Position numbers and translations under genes: made by a program | NCBI RefSeq assembly: GCF_001447785.1 | Contig: NW_015165235.1 | Coordinates: forward strand, 1,800,717 to 1,864,716 | Length of the DNA: 64,000 bases | Reading direction: 5' to 3' | Origin: Gekko japonicus | Taxonomy: Eukaryota | The notes under the pieces: model-generated | Databases searched by the model: none | Told to the model about the DNA's origin: nothing | The model's input: the letters and a program-made list of their open reading frames with translations, nothing else | Part shown: positions 12,301-24,300 of the stretch, one piece after another | Position numbering within the stretch: position 1 is the first letter of the stretch | Layout: every line of letters begins with the position of its first letter

Positions 12301-15300
12301 GGGACCAGAGTTGCCAGGTGTTACCTGCATCCCAGCAGGGGGCTCCAGCCCAGCTCCCAGGATCTTCTGGTGCATGCACTGCAATTATGTCACCCGGAAG
12401 TGATGTCATCATGCTGGGCATGTTGTGCGGGGGACGCTCTAGCATTTGGGTAAAACCTCTATGGTCACCATAGAGTTTTTACCCAAATGCTAGAGCATCC
12501 CCCACACAACATGCCCAGAGTGATGATGTCACCCATCACGCCAGGCACATTGGGTGCAATGGGGCTCTTTGGGGGTGGGGCTTTCCCCGCCGGCCAACTG
12601 GTTGGTGGCAGATTGGGACCCTGAAAACAGGGGGGGGGGAAACCGCGCCCAAAGGGGGGATGGCAACCCTATTGGTGCCTCCTGCTCTAGAGTCACTTTT
12701 CTATGAGCTACATTGCATTGTATCTGTGTATACTTCACAAGGCCCCCATTTTTATTGTTATAACCTCTAGTAGCTTTGTATTTTGTTTTGTCTCCATACA
12801 GGTTTGTCTTTGGTCTTTTCCAATAAACAAAACTAAGCAGGAGATGCTATATCTACCTTGCAATAAAGACGTGCCTACAGGGATGGATTCAAGAATATTT
12901 TCTCGACTGTAAATAGACTGCTGGAATTCTGGAGAGCAGTCGTTTTCATCTGTGATGTGAACTATGACCTGATGGCAATGAGAGAGAGAGAGAAAGGAAA
13001 AACACACAAAGCAAAATACACAATAATAATAGAAAATGAAACATGAACATTTATTTTTAAAAAGTAGTTTGTTAGAGACGTATAATCTGTGGGTACCACA
13101 TATGTTCTTCCATGCAAAGCAGCCCTTTACTGCCCTTTACTGCTGCCACCCTAGTCTTGGACAATATGCCTCATCTTCCTCTCATCTTCCTCTTCCACCG
13201 TCATTTTTGTCCTGCCACAGCCAAGAGCTGCCATGCTCACAGTAGAGAGGAGGATGGTGAAAAAGCATTCCTACCCTTCTTTGAACAGACTGGACCTCCA
13301 ACTGTTCTCTCTTTGTCAGAATTTCAGCCTGTCCAGGGCCCCAGGACAGGACATGAGATTCAGCACCCAGCTCTGTACAGGAAGAGCTTAACACCAACAG
13401 GGTCTTACTCATTGATCTGGACAAGGAAGAGCCTGTGTGTTCTCTGAAAGAGAACACTTGCTGTTTCAAGTCTGCTTCATCTCTCGACTCTCCTGCCTTA
13501 ATCTAAAGGCTGGAAAATGGCAACATAGCTGAGGACAATCTGGGCTGCTTAGTTTAGGAACATTTACCCCTCTATCCATAGGAAACGGTAAATTTTGTTC
13601 AAGTTATTCACTTGGCAACCAGGCAAATAACTATTCCTGGATCTGTTTCGGGTCGGGAAAACAGCATGGATGAAAGGCTGAAGCCTGTCCTCCCCACTAC
13701 CATCCTGATCAAAACCAGGCCCCTGCAGCATTTGGGGAATCAGTTCTCAGCAGCTGACACTGGATTGATGGGAATGAGAACTGGATCAGGGGAACCCGGA
13801 ACCAACTCAAGAAAAAAGGCATTTCTATACTTTGGCTCATTGTCACTAAGCACAGAATGGAAAATCTTCAACCTACCTCAGCTACACTGCTGAGCAAGCT
13901 CTCTGCTTCCTCTGCTTTCAGTAAAAAATGGTAGAGGTGATGCTCGCTCTCATAGTCCACCGTACGAGTCAGACTTAGCTCTCCAGTCCCTGGTCCCATG
14001 CTGAACAGACCACTGGGATTCATCAGCAGAGTGTAGGAGAGAGGTTGATTCTGGAAAGAAACTGCCTCCACAACAGCCACTCTGCAAAGGAGAGATTAGT
14101 CACAAAACTACTGGTTACTTTGAGGCAGGAATAAAGGATAAGGGATATGAACCCGGCTGAATTGCCAGGGTACCAGTCATAACTAACAATAAATTAAGGA
14201 AATAGATGAATAGATATAAATCATGTATGACTTAACATCACATAAGGCTCCAAATATTTCTCAAATATACACCAGTATTATTGCATGAACTGCAATAAAT
14301 AGGCTGGAGATTTAAAGCAATATCTAACATTTACTATTTGACACTCCCAAAATAAATACTTCACAGATTCTAAGTTCACAATTTCAATGGACTGAAGAAC
14401 ATGATCTTCAAATGTCCATAAAGCAAGTACATCCATTTCTTAAGACATTAAGATAAATAATATAAAGCATGTTGCAATCAGCAAGTAGATCCAGTCCTTA
14501 AGATCTGAGACAAACAATAAGAAATAGGCTCTCATTCAATGGATAGATAAGGACTTTTCAGATGTAAGGTTATATCCATCAACTCTATTCTGCTGCCAGC
14601 TGAGTTTTCCTGTGGTATAAAGAGATCTCTGCCAGCATTACTATATTTCTGTTGGCTTAAGGAGCTTTTACTACTGGCAGAAAAGTTCTTCAAAAGCTCT
14701 GTCATTTGCTAAAAAGAGCAGTTGGACAAATTCATTGTGATTTTGCAGACACAAAGAGTGCTCATAAAACAACAGAATAGTAGTGAAGACATTAAGAGCA
14801 CTTGCATAAATGTGTAATTCCTCCTACTCATCCATCTCCCTGCAGATCCCTACATTTTCTACCAGAAGAAAGCTTCCAAAACTTCTATAACAGTTCCATT
14901 ACAGAGGATTACAGTAGCCTAGACAGTCAGGTGTATGTTGAAAAGACCATGAGCTTTAGTACACTTTCTAGATTTTAAAAATCCCCTTGTGTTTCTACAT
15001 AGCAGATTTTTTTAAACAGTGCCAGACATTGGTTTCTCCTCTTCCTTGCACACTTACTTTTCATCTGCTGGGGTATTTTCTGGAACAAACACACTGTATG
15101 ATGTGTTAGTGAACTGAGGAGGTCTGGTGCCAGCCAAGATGGAGATGAACGCATAGGGGCTTTTGCTGCCATATTCATCAATGGCCAGAACAGTGACCAC
15201 ATACTCCCGATCAGGAGTTAAAGGCAAGCCAGTCGTCAAGACGACACCTGTGTCTGTATCAACATCAAACCGTTCTTCACCACCTATTGTGTAGAGGAAT

Positions 15301-18300
15301 TTTAAAAAAGAAATTATGAAAGAGGTCATCAGATTCCACGTTTTCTTGATTCCTGCCATTTCATCTCCACCTTCTTATTTTTTTTTTCCATTTAACACAT
15401 ATTCTCTTTCATAAAGGATGCTACCGGATGCTTTTACTGGCAATTTCCTTATTACAAGAAGGAGACAGCTACAGATCGTTGTAACAAGCACTGTAGAAGC
15501 CCCACATTCCACTTGCAACACCTGCACAGGAAGACATTAGGCAGCCACCAGTGTCCCACACATTGCAAAGCATTACACTCTGTGACTATGGTTAGCATTA
15601 CATGTATTCTAACACAGATCACAGAAGACCAAATCCTTGGGTGTAGTGGGGCAGGAAAGACTAGGCCTTGTACATAGTTCCCTGCCTGAAGAACAGGGTG
15701 TCAGGGCACACACTGTGCTGATAAAAAAAAATCTCAGTAACCCCCCCTTGTAATTAAGCAAATACATTGGATTTACCAAACCTGCATCGTCTACATTAAT
15801 TACAGTGCAATCCTAAGAACAATTACACCATTCTAAACCCATTGAACAGTCTTTGATGGACATAACTGTGTGCATAACTCTGTTATTCTTTGTAGTCACA
15901 TAATACTTCATAATATATACATACTATATACACCTTATGCCCTAAATCCAACAAGAAAAATGATCTTAGTGCCTAATTCACCCTACTCCCAAGTAGATCA
16001 GAATGCTTTAGCAATGGGAGGGTTTTTTTTGCAATCAATACTGAGAACAAGTCATCTATACAGACGAGTAATAATACCACAGGAAGCAATCAAGAGCTCC
16101 ATAAGATACTGGAGTTCCAAAGCCAGACTAACGTATATTCAAGAATGATGGGAGAAAGCCATTCAAGGCTACAGGAAGATCCAGTAGGGTGTGCTGAAGT
16201 GAGAACTTACAATAGGACAGAACAGATGCAGTCTCACTGGGCACAGGTGCTTATTATACACATACATTAATCAGTTGTTAAAGATACTTATTAATTGTCC
16301 ATCCTGTTCTAAAGTGGTTTTCTCACATCCCAGGGGCTGATCATACGCATAGTTTACCATCAGCAGTTGTGCATCCTCAGATGCTTCTGCACCACTCCCT
16401 GCATCTGAACTCAAAAGAACTTAACAAAGCCTTTTAAAGGGATGCAGCAAAGAATGGCTCGGCCAGGACAATTTCCCAAGGAGGTCTAACTAAGAATCCT
16501 ACTTGGGGCTACTAAATTGGGCTCAGTCCCAGTTAAGTGCTCTTAGGATTGTGCTGTTAATCTATGCTCCCTATCCCAAAGTTCATTATCACCCATGCAA
16601 AAGACCCGGTAATATATGTCTATATTACAGAATATAAGTATCTTCCCCTTAAAGAAAATGCTAAAGATTATTACTGTTGAGCTACACATCTATCATAGTA
16701 CGAATATTTTCAGAATCTATTCATGTAAAGGATTCGATACCTGGCAGTGCACTAACAAGTGTCCAAGTACAAGAGACAGTATCCCTCAGACTCCTCACGC
16801 AGAAAACTACTTACCAGCAATCCGAGCGTATGATATTTCGGCGCTGGAATTTTCACTGCCACTATAACGGGCACTGAGCTGGTAGACGAAAGTGCCTTCC
16901 TGGGCCTCAGGATCAACACTTGCCAAATAGGGGTATGGATGCATTTCCCAAGATATGGGCTCCTCTTCAACAGCAATAATCACCACGCGGCACAAATACC
17001 AGTCACTATCTGAAAGGATCACAGAAAAATGTAAGCTTTAAAAAAATGGGAACTTATGGATACAATGTCAGGGTTCAGTACGGTTTGGGATGGTGCACAG
17101 ACTGACCCATGAACCGAACCGAACGGGCCTCACATGAACCGAACCAGTCCAGCAAGTTCAGTTCACCCTTTCTCCCAGACACAGCAAGTTTTGTAGGAAT
17201 TGCCCACTAGGAGGGTTAGGACTCTCAGCTTCCCTTCCAAGTTCTGAGGCCTTGCCTCTGTGTCTCCCACTGCCTGGTGCTTGGTCACTATGGGGACCAC
17301 TTACTGCTTTGTGTGCCCCTGGAGGAATAGCCACTTGCCAACTAACTAGCTTCGCCAGGACAATTTCCCAAGGAGGTCTAATTCAGAATCCTACTTGGGG
17401 CTACTAAATTGGGCTCAGTCCCAGTTAAGTGCTTTTAGGATTGTGCTGTTAATCTATGCTCCCTATCCCAAATTTCATTATCACTTCCTACCCATGCAAA
17501 AGACCAAGTAATATATGTCTATATTAGAGAATATATCTTCCCCTTAAAGAAAATGCTAAAGATTATTACTGTTGAGCTACACATCTATCATAGTACGAAT
17601 ATTTTCAGAATCTATTCATGTAAGGGATTCGATACCTGGCAGTGCACTAACAAGTGTCCAAGTACAAGAGACAGTATCCCTCAGACTCCTCACGCAGAAA
17701 ACTACTTACCAGTAATCCGAGCGTATGATATTTCGGCGCTGGAATTTTCACTGCCACTATAACGGGCACTGAGCTGGTAGACGAAAGTGCCTTCCTGGGC
17801 CTCAGGATCAACACTTGCCAAATAGGGGTATGGATGCATTTCCCAAGATATGGGCTCCTCTTCAACAGCAATAATCACCACGCGGCACAAATACCAGTCA
17901 CTATCTGAAAGGATCACAGAAAAATGTAAGCTTTAAAAAAATGGGAACTTATGGAGACAATGTTAGGGTTCAGTATGGTTTGGGATGGTGCACAGACTGA
18001 ACCACGAACCGAACCAAACGGGCCCCACATGAACCGAACCAGTCCAGCAAGTTCAGTTCACCCTTTCTCCCAGACGCAGCAAGCTTTGTAGGAATCGCCC
18101 ACTAGGAGGGTTAGGACTCTCAGCTTCCCTTCCAAGTTCTGAGGCCTTGCCTCTGTGTCTCCCGCTTGGTCACTATGGGGACCATTTACTGCTTTGTGTG
18201 CCCCTGGAGGAATAGCCACTTGCCAACTAACTAGCTTCGCCCCTGACTCTCCTTTTAAAATAGCATGTTCAAGACAGTGGAGGTCTATGTGGTACAGAGA

Positions 18301-21300
18301 ACCACTACCAGGATCAAAAGTTATAAGCTATTTATTTAAAAAAGAAAATGTTCACAAGCATACTATTAGCACAGCACCAGACTGAGCAAGGGATTCAAAA
18401 GAAAAGACTGCCTTGGGTAGACATCATAGGCCGTAAAGACAACTAGGCAGCGGGGATGGACAACTGAGAAGAAGCTCAGGAGGGTGGGTAGTTTGGCAAA
18501 AGCCACCTCACCTGCTGAGAAGAAAAAAACCTTTGAAGATCAATTCCAGGGAGTCAGTGACCCACAAAGAATGAAGGTTCTAAGCTGAAAACTCCCTGAA
18601 ACAATAAAGATCAAGATGGTTTGAAGAAAGACAAAGACTTCCACACAGAGCGATATCTAAAACAAATCTATTCACTTGGTGGCAGGAAAGGAACTGAGGG
18701 TAAGGGAGCACTGGAGCATGTGATGGTTTAGGCGGTAAAATACTACAAACCTTGGGGTTTCCTAAGGCTTCCAGAAACATCACCCCAATTCATACCTGGT
18801 TCTAAATCCACACACTGAGGCCGTTTTCAGAATGAGATAGCTGCATTGTATAATTGTAAAAGCGGTAGTAGTCAAAGAAGTCTTATCCACCACTTATATT
18901 CTCATTACGATGCAGAATTCCTGCACAGCATTGGGCTTCATCACTGTACCATACAAATAAGTTATCAGAAATCAATCACTGAAATCACCAAGAAATTATG
19001 CATGGCTCACTTTATAGCTGGAAGATAATGGCACCCATAATCAATACAAGCTGGCTAGCATATGACCTTAAAGCTTCTGCAAAACAAGGGAGCTCCAAAA
19101 CTCAGTGTATGAAACATTCACAGTAGTTGTAGTCCACACAAGCAGACGTTACATCCAGTGCCATCCTATACAGTGTTAGACCCTTCTATGTTCATTGAGG
19201 CCTGCGGCTCAGAAGAGTATTAACTCTGCTTAGAACTGCACTGTTAGAGGTGTGATCTGGATTTGTGCAGAGAAGAAAAGAGCTTTGCCATCATTTTCTG
19301 TAGCATTTTCAGAATACCAAATCCCTCACAGCCCTTATCTCATTCCCCTTCACATCAGTCCTGCAAGGAAAATCATCGCAGAGGTGCAAAAGGGGAAAAC
19401 GAGACTAGGGCTCTCTCTGCACCCATCTGTTACCCTGCTATTTCCCGTAGCCACGTCGGAACATTAATCTCCCTCCGCATTGCAACATGCTTTCACTTTC
19501 CTTGTGCATCCAGTTATTTTGGAGTTTCAACATCGTTTTATGGCCATTCAGTGTTGACTTTGCAGCCATTACGGCATTGCCCCAGGGTATCAAAATGTGG
19601 TTTTGGACCGGACCTTTTGCCGCTTCCACTTCCAATTTGGAGGGAATAATAAGCAAACTACTTGGCACGGCTCTAGTCATCTCCACCCATTCTCCATTAC
19701 CCATCCCTATTTCCACTTCTATTTAATTTTCACCTAGCACACAACTTGGAGGGCAGGTAGAGGGACAGTCTGGGGAGGTCCTCTGGGAGTCTGACACTTC
19801 CAGCTTGCAGGGGGGGCATTTGACACACTCCTCCCCCTTTGTACATTGGACCCTACAGAGGGATCTTTTCCCCTTCCCCCAAAGCCAGTCTTCACACAAC
19901 TTGGAGGGGGGTGTATTACAAGGAATGACAGGATTGCCCACTGGAATCAATGGGAGAGGCTTAAAGGCCCATTTGTTGTTGTTGTTGTTGTTTTTAATTA
20001 AACCCTTGTGACGCCACCCCTCCTGACAGACCAGCCAGCTGCAGAGCTTGCATGCCTGGAGTAGCCCAGCGGCAGCTAGCCAAAGGGGGTGGGAGAGCTC
20101 GGAGGAGAGGAGAGAAAGGGGAGGGTGCAGCGTGCCCCATCCCTTGCTTACGCACTTGGCCAAGTCGGTGGCAATCGGACACCCCCTCCACAGGTCACAA
20201 GTGACGTTAATCACAATTTAACAAAAAAATGTGGGTTTTGGTTGTAGATGCAGAATGCATACACAAAAATAAACTGGAGAAAAAAGAACAGTGCAGAGAG
20301 CAGGAGCACAAAGGACGAAGTTCACCATAAAGGCTCAACTACTTGGCTTCTCCAGAGTAAGCTACAGTGACCTGTTAGTGCAGAAAGCCCCTAAGGGTCT
20401 CAGTGAGAAAGGTGGACAGTAAATGAAGAGAGTACACGACTTGCTCAGCTAAGATGATTATTCTTGTGACTCTCCACATTTTGTTCACTCCATTCTAAGT
20501 CACCCTGTTTCCATAGCTCCCTCTGAACAACCCTCTATCAGTCAAATCTTCTCCCTCCCCTTTCAAGCCCTACTCAATTATAAAAATGAATAAACAGGAT
20601 TAATAAATGTGTCATGACCTTTGACATACCAGGAAGGTTTTTTAGTTTTAAACGTACGGCAAGAAGAACAGAACATTTTGCAGAGGTAGGAATGGGCAAA
20701 GGATCTGGAAATATTGAAGGGCTACACACTTTTAGGGCACCCTCTGTGTGTGCCTTGGTCACAATCTGAATAGGGACAGACACATCCTTGGGAACTGAAC
20801 TCATTTGTTGTTACTCAAATTGGTATACATGAGTCAGAATTGTAATGTGCAAAGGCATCCCCCTGTTTGCACGGGACAAAAGCACATATTTTGGGCACCT
20901 ATATACTTACGACCTTCACCTATATACACCAAGGTCCAGACTCAGATCAACACTCAGAAAAATGAGGGGGGACTCTTAAATAAAGGGGGGGGTATTTTAT
21001 AAACAGCAAAAGAGACCAAATTGCAGGGCTCTTTTTGTAGAAAAAGCCCAGCAGGAACTCATTAGCATAATAGGCCACACCCAACAGCAGGAACTCATTA
21101 GCATAATAGGCCACACCCCTGACAGCACAGCTCATTAGCGCATTAGGCCACACCCCCATGTTACCAGAAGGGTGGGTATCCAGCCACACCCACCTTTTGC
21201 TTGTTATTCTGTTTACCTTGTTTGTTGTCAAAACCCAGGGCTTTTTTGTAGCAGGAACTCCTTTGCATGTTAGGCCACACCCCTACTGTAGCCAATCCTA

Positions 21301-24300
21301 ATGAGTTCCTGCTGTTGGGTGTGGCCTATTATGCTAATGAGTTCCTGCCGGGCGTGGCCAACTTGGGAGCCAGCCGGAACTCCGTTCTGTTGCGTTCCTG
21401 CCCAAAAATAGCCCTGAATTTATGCAATATTTAAAAGGTAGCAATAAAAATCCCATTCTGGGGAGGACGGTTTATAAATCCAATTTAAAAAAATTACAGA
21501 ATGGAAAAAAGTGATGTGGTAAATAACACATAAAAACCTTTCCCTAGAAAAACCTGCTGCCTACTTAAAGGGGAAATCAGGGGTGGAGCCTGGAGAGGGT
21601 GGGGTTTGCAGAGGGGTGGGACCTCAGACAGGTAGAATGCCATAGACTACACCCTCCAAACCAGCCACTTTGTCCTGGGTAACAATTGCTGCCAATCTCC
21701 AGGTGAGGGCTAGAGATCACTCACAATTACAACTGCTCTTCAGGTAGCAGAAATCAGTTCCTCTGGAGAAAACAGTGGACTCTGTCATTATACCCTGCTG
21801 AGGTCACCACAGCAAATTGACACTGTTTGCCCAAAGCCAGAGCACTGCCCCAGAGCCTCTTTCTAGATCCCGTTGTATTGCTTTCACAACGGGCTTTACT
21901 GCTAGTAAACCTATAAAAGCAAATAAGATATAGGAGCTCATCCTGAAGAGAACCAGGGGGAAACAGGGGGTGATCTGCAGTGATGAAGAAACTATGAAAT
22001 TTACCAGGTGGGGAGGAAAGCACAGCAGCAGGTCTGTGGGGCAGAGAGCTGATACCAGAGAGAGATGAGGGGCCAACTGTAAGGCCGGGGTAACAGGAAA
22101 AATCCAAAACTGGCTACAAAAAGCAGGGCTGAGGGGTGACCTTTGATACCTTTTTGCCTGAGGAGAAGAGAGGAAGGGTTCTTGGCACTGGAATGTGGGG
22201 ATAATAAAAATGCTATCTTTCGAAGATGAGCAAGCCTGGGAAAAAAGCCTTTGTCTATATTTTGGAGGGAAGCTTTCTCTTTTTGCATTGAGAGTGTCTA
22301 AAGTGTTCCCTTGGGGAGATCTGGAAGTTAGACTGGGTACTTGTCATGATTGGGGAAGGGCTCATGTCTTCCTGTCTAGTTGTTTAGAGAGGAAAGGAAT
22401 TGCTGGAACTGGTCCGCTGCTTACTGCTTTGGAAGCCTGGGTCATTAAAGAATAAATTATCTGGGAAGGTCCTTGGGGGAAATGGCCCTCGACTGAATCC
22501 TTCTTAGGGTGGGTTTTTGCATGCAGGAGCTGCCCTACCTTTCTTTCCTCCTTTTGTATGGCTTGCCTTCTTCTGGTATCAGTTTGAGGCAGATTCCTAT
22601 CATTTCTAGGCCCACACTGAGGTGTACATGCGTACAAAATGAGGAACAAGCTGTAACAAAAATGGGGGTCCCCGGGGGTTGAGGACTTTGGCCATCAGGG
22701 TGACTGTTGCACAATATGGTGGGGACCCCTGAACAAACCTGTCCATAATGTAAAAACTGGCCCATAATGGGTCTTTTCTTCAAGACAGACACACATATGA
22801 ATTGTTATACAAAACGTATGGTACCTACATACCCCATCTTTAGTCACTAGTGTTGTAAGTCTTTAAGGTGCCAGGGGACTTTTGTTTTATTTATTAAGGA
22901 TGGCTCATTTAGTGTAATCTTTCAAAGCAAGCATCTGCAAACTCATGCAAACAAAATCCCACCTTTTTCCTAACTGCAAAATTATTAATATGATTAAAAA
23001 CAAAACTGCAGCTGCCAAATTTCTCAACTTTTAAATGCATAATTGCTGTACTGACTGGATTTAATCATGATTCATGCATGGGTCAATGTGAAAAGAAGGC
23101 CACCACAAAAACTGGCTCACAGCCCCTAATCCTTAGAGCACTTTCTTTCAAGTAAGTCCCAACAAGTTAAGTGGGGTTCATGCCCACATAAATGTACATA
23201 CGGCTGCAATTCATAACCCCTTCAAAATCCAAATGAAGGTACTCTGAGCTAAGTCATGCAATTGGAAACCACACACTCTTTTTATAAATAAAACACAATT
23301 CAGCAGGGTCTTGGAATGCACATGTTTTAGGAGCAGGTGCTGCATTATTGTCTAAAAGCAGCTTTAGGATGCTAGCAAGTATCCCTTAAGGCTGGTGTAA
23401 CCCTATTCCAGTGAAAGGCATTACACAGTAAAGCTTTGTTTTGATTCCTACTATATTGATACAACACAATTAAAATGGTACAGTACTTAACATTGCCTAC
23501 AGTTTTATACAACAGACAAAGATTTTCTGTGTGTTTTGTTTGGAAGTCAACTGATTTTAGACTGGATTTAAAGCAGATGCCCTAGAAGATGAGTGGTAAT
23601 GACCTTGTCCTACATGATCACTGGAATTATTTCCACCCCAAGGCCTTGTCAATATGTTATTGGGCACAGAACAACAGCAGAATACAGCTCTGTTCAGAGA
23701 ATCACTGTAAAGATCAGAGAGTTCTTTCAAACACCACACTGGTTGTAGCATTGGTTTCATTAATTAAAAACTTGCACATTCATCACCACAGGTTCACAGA
23801 TCAAACCTGCACAGTGGCCTGGCCTAGTGCTTTTAATGGCATGTATCATTTGGGGAAATCCTAGACACACATTACATTCATGCAAATTGCAGTTAAAGCC
23901 ACCTGGAAATCTACATAGGCACTGTACTGGCATGCTGAGAAAAAGTTTATTATTGTCTATTTACTGTAATTTGTGAACCTTGCAGCAATTTCTTATCTGT
24001 CTATGTTTGTAGTGCATAGGAATACATAGGAAGCATTTTCTTTGCAAGTTTTGTTGACTGCTTGATTTGGGGGTCAGACACTCACGACTGTTTTCTTTAT
24101 ACTTGTGTTCCAACTAAACTGTAAAACACAAGAATGAAGAAAGTCACAGAAATCTGTCACTTTGCACTCAAGTTCATATGATGTGCAGTTACAGACCACT
24201 TTGCCTCAACTCCCCCCCCAACAAAAAAAAAACCAGTTAGGAAAGGCTACAGGAAATCATACAGCCATAAGCCTCCTGACTTTAAGAAAAGCAACAGGTA

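Larger units (their letters stand above)
16462..18241. repeat. Tandem duplication of about 890 bp: 16462-17356 vs 17354-18241
   Basis: Junction overlaps by GCC; about 20 substitutions and 3 indels counted by eye. Confidence 0.95.

Noticed and set aside
21050-21350. Repeats of about 33 bp resembling a CRISPR array
   Set aside because: No unique spacers, mixed orientation, located inside a hAT-like MITE in eukaryotic DNA.
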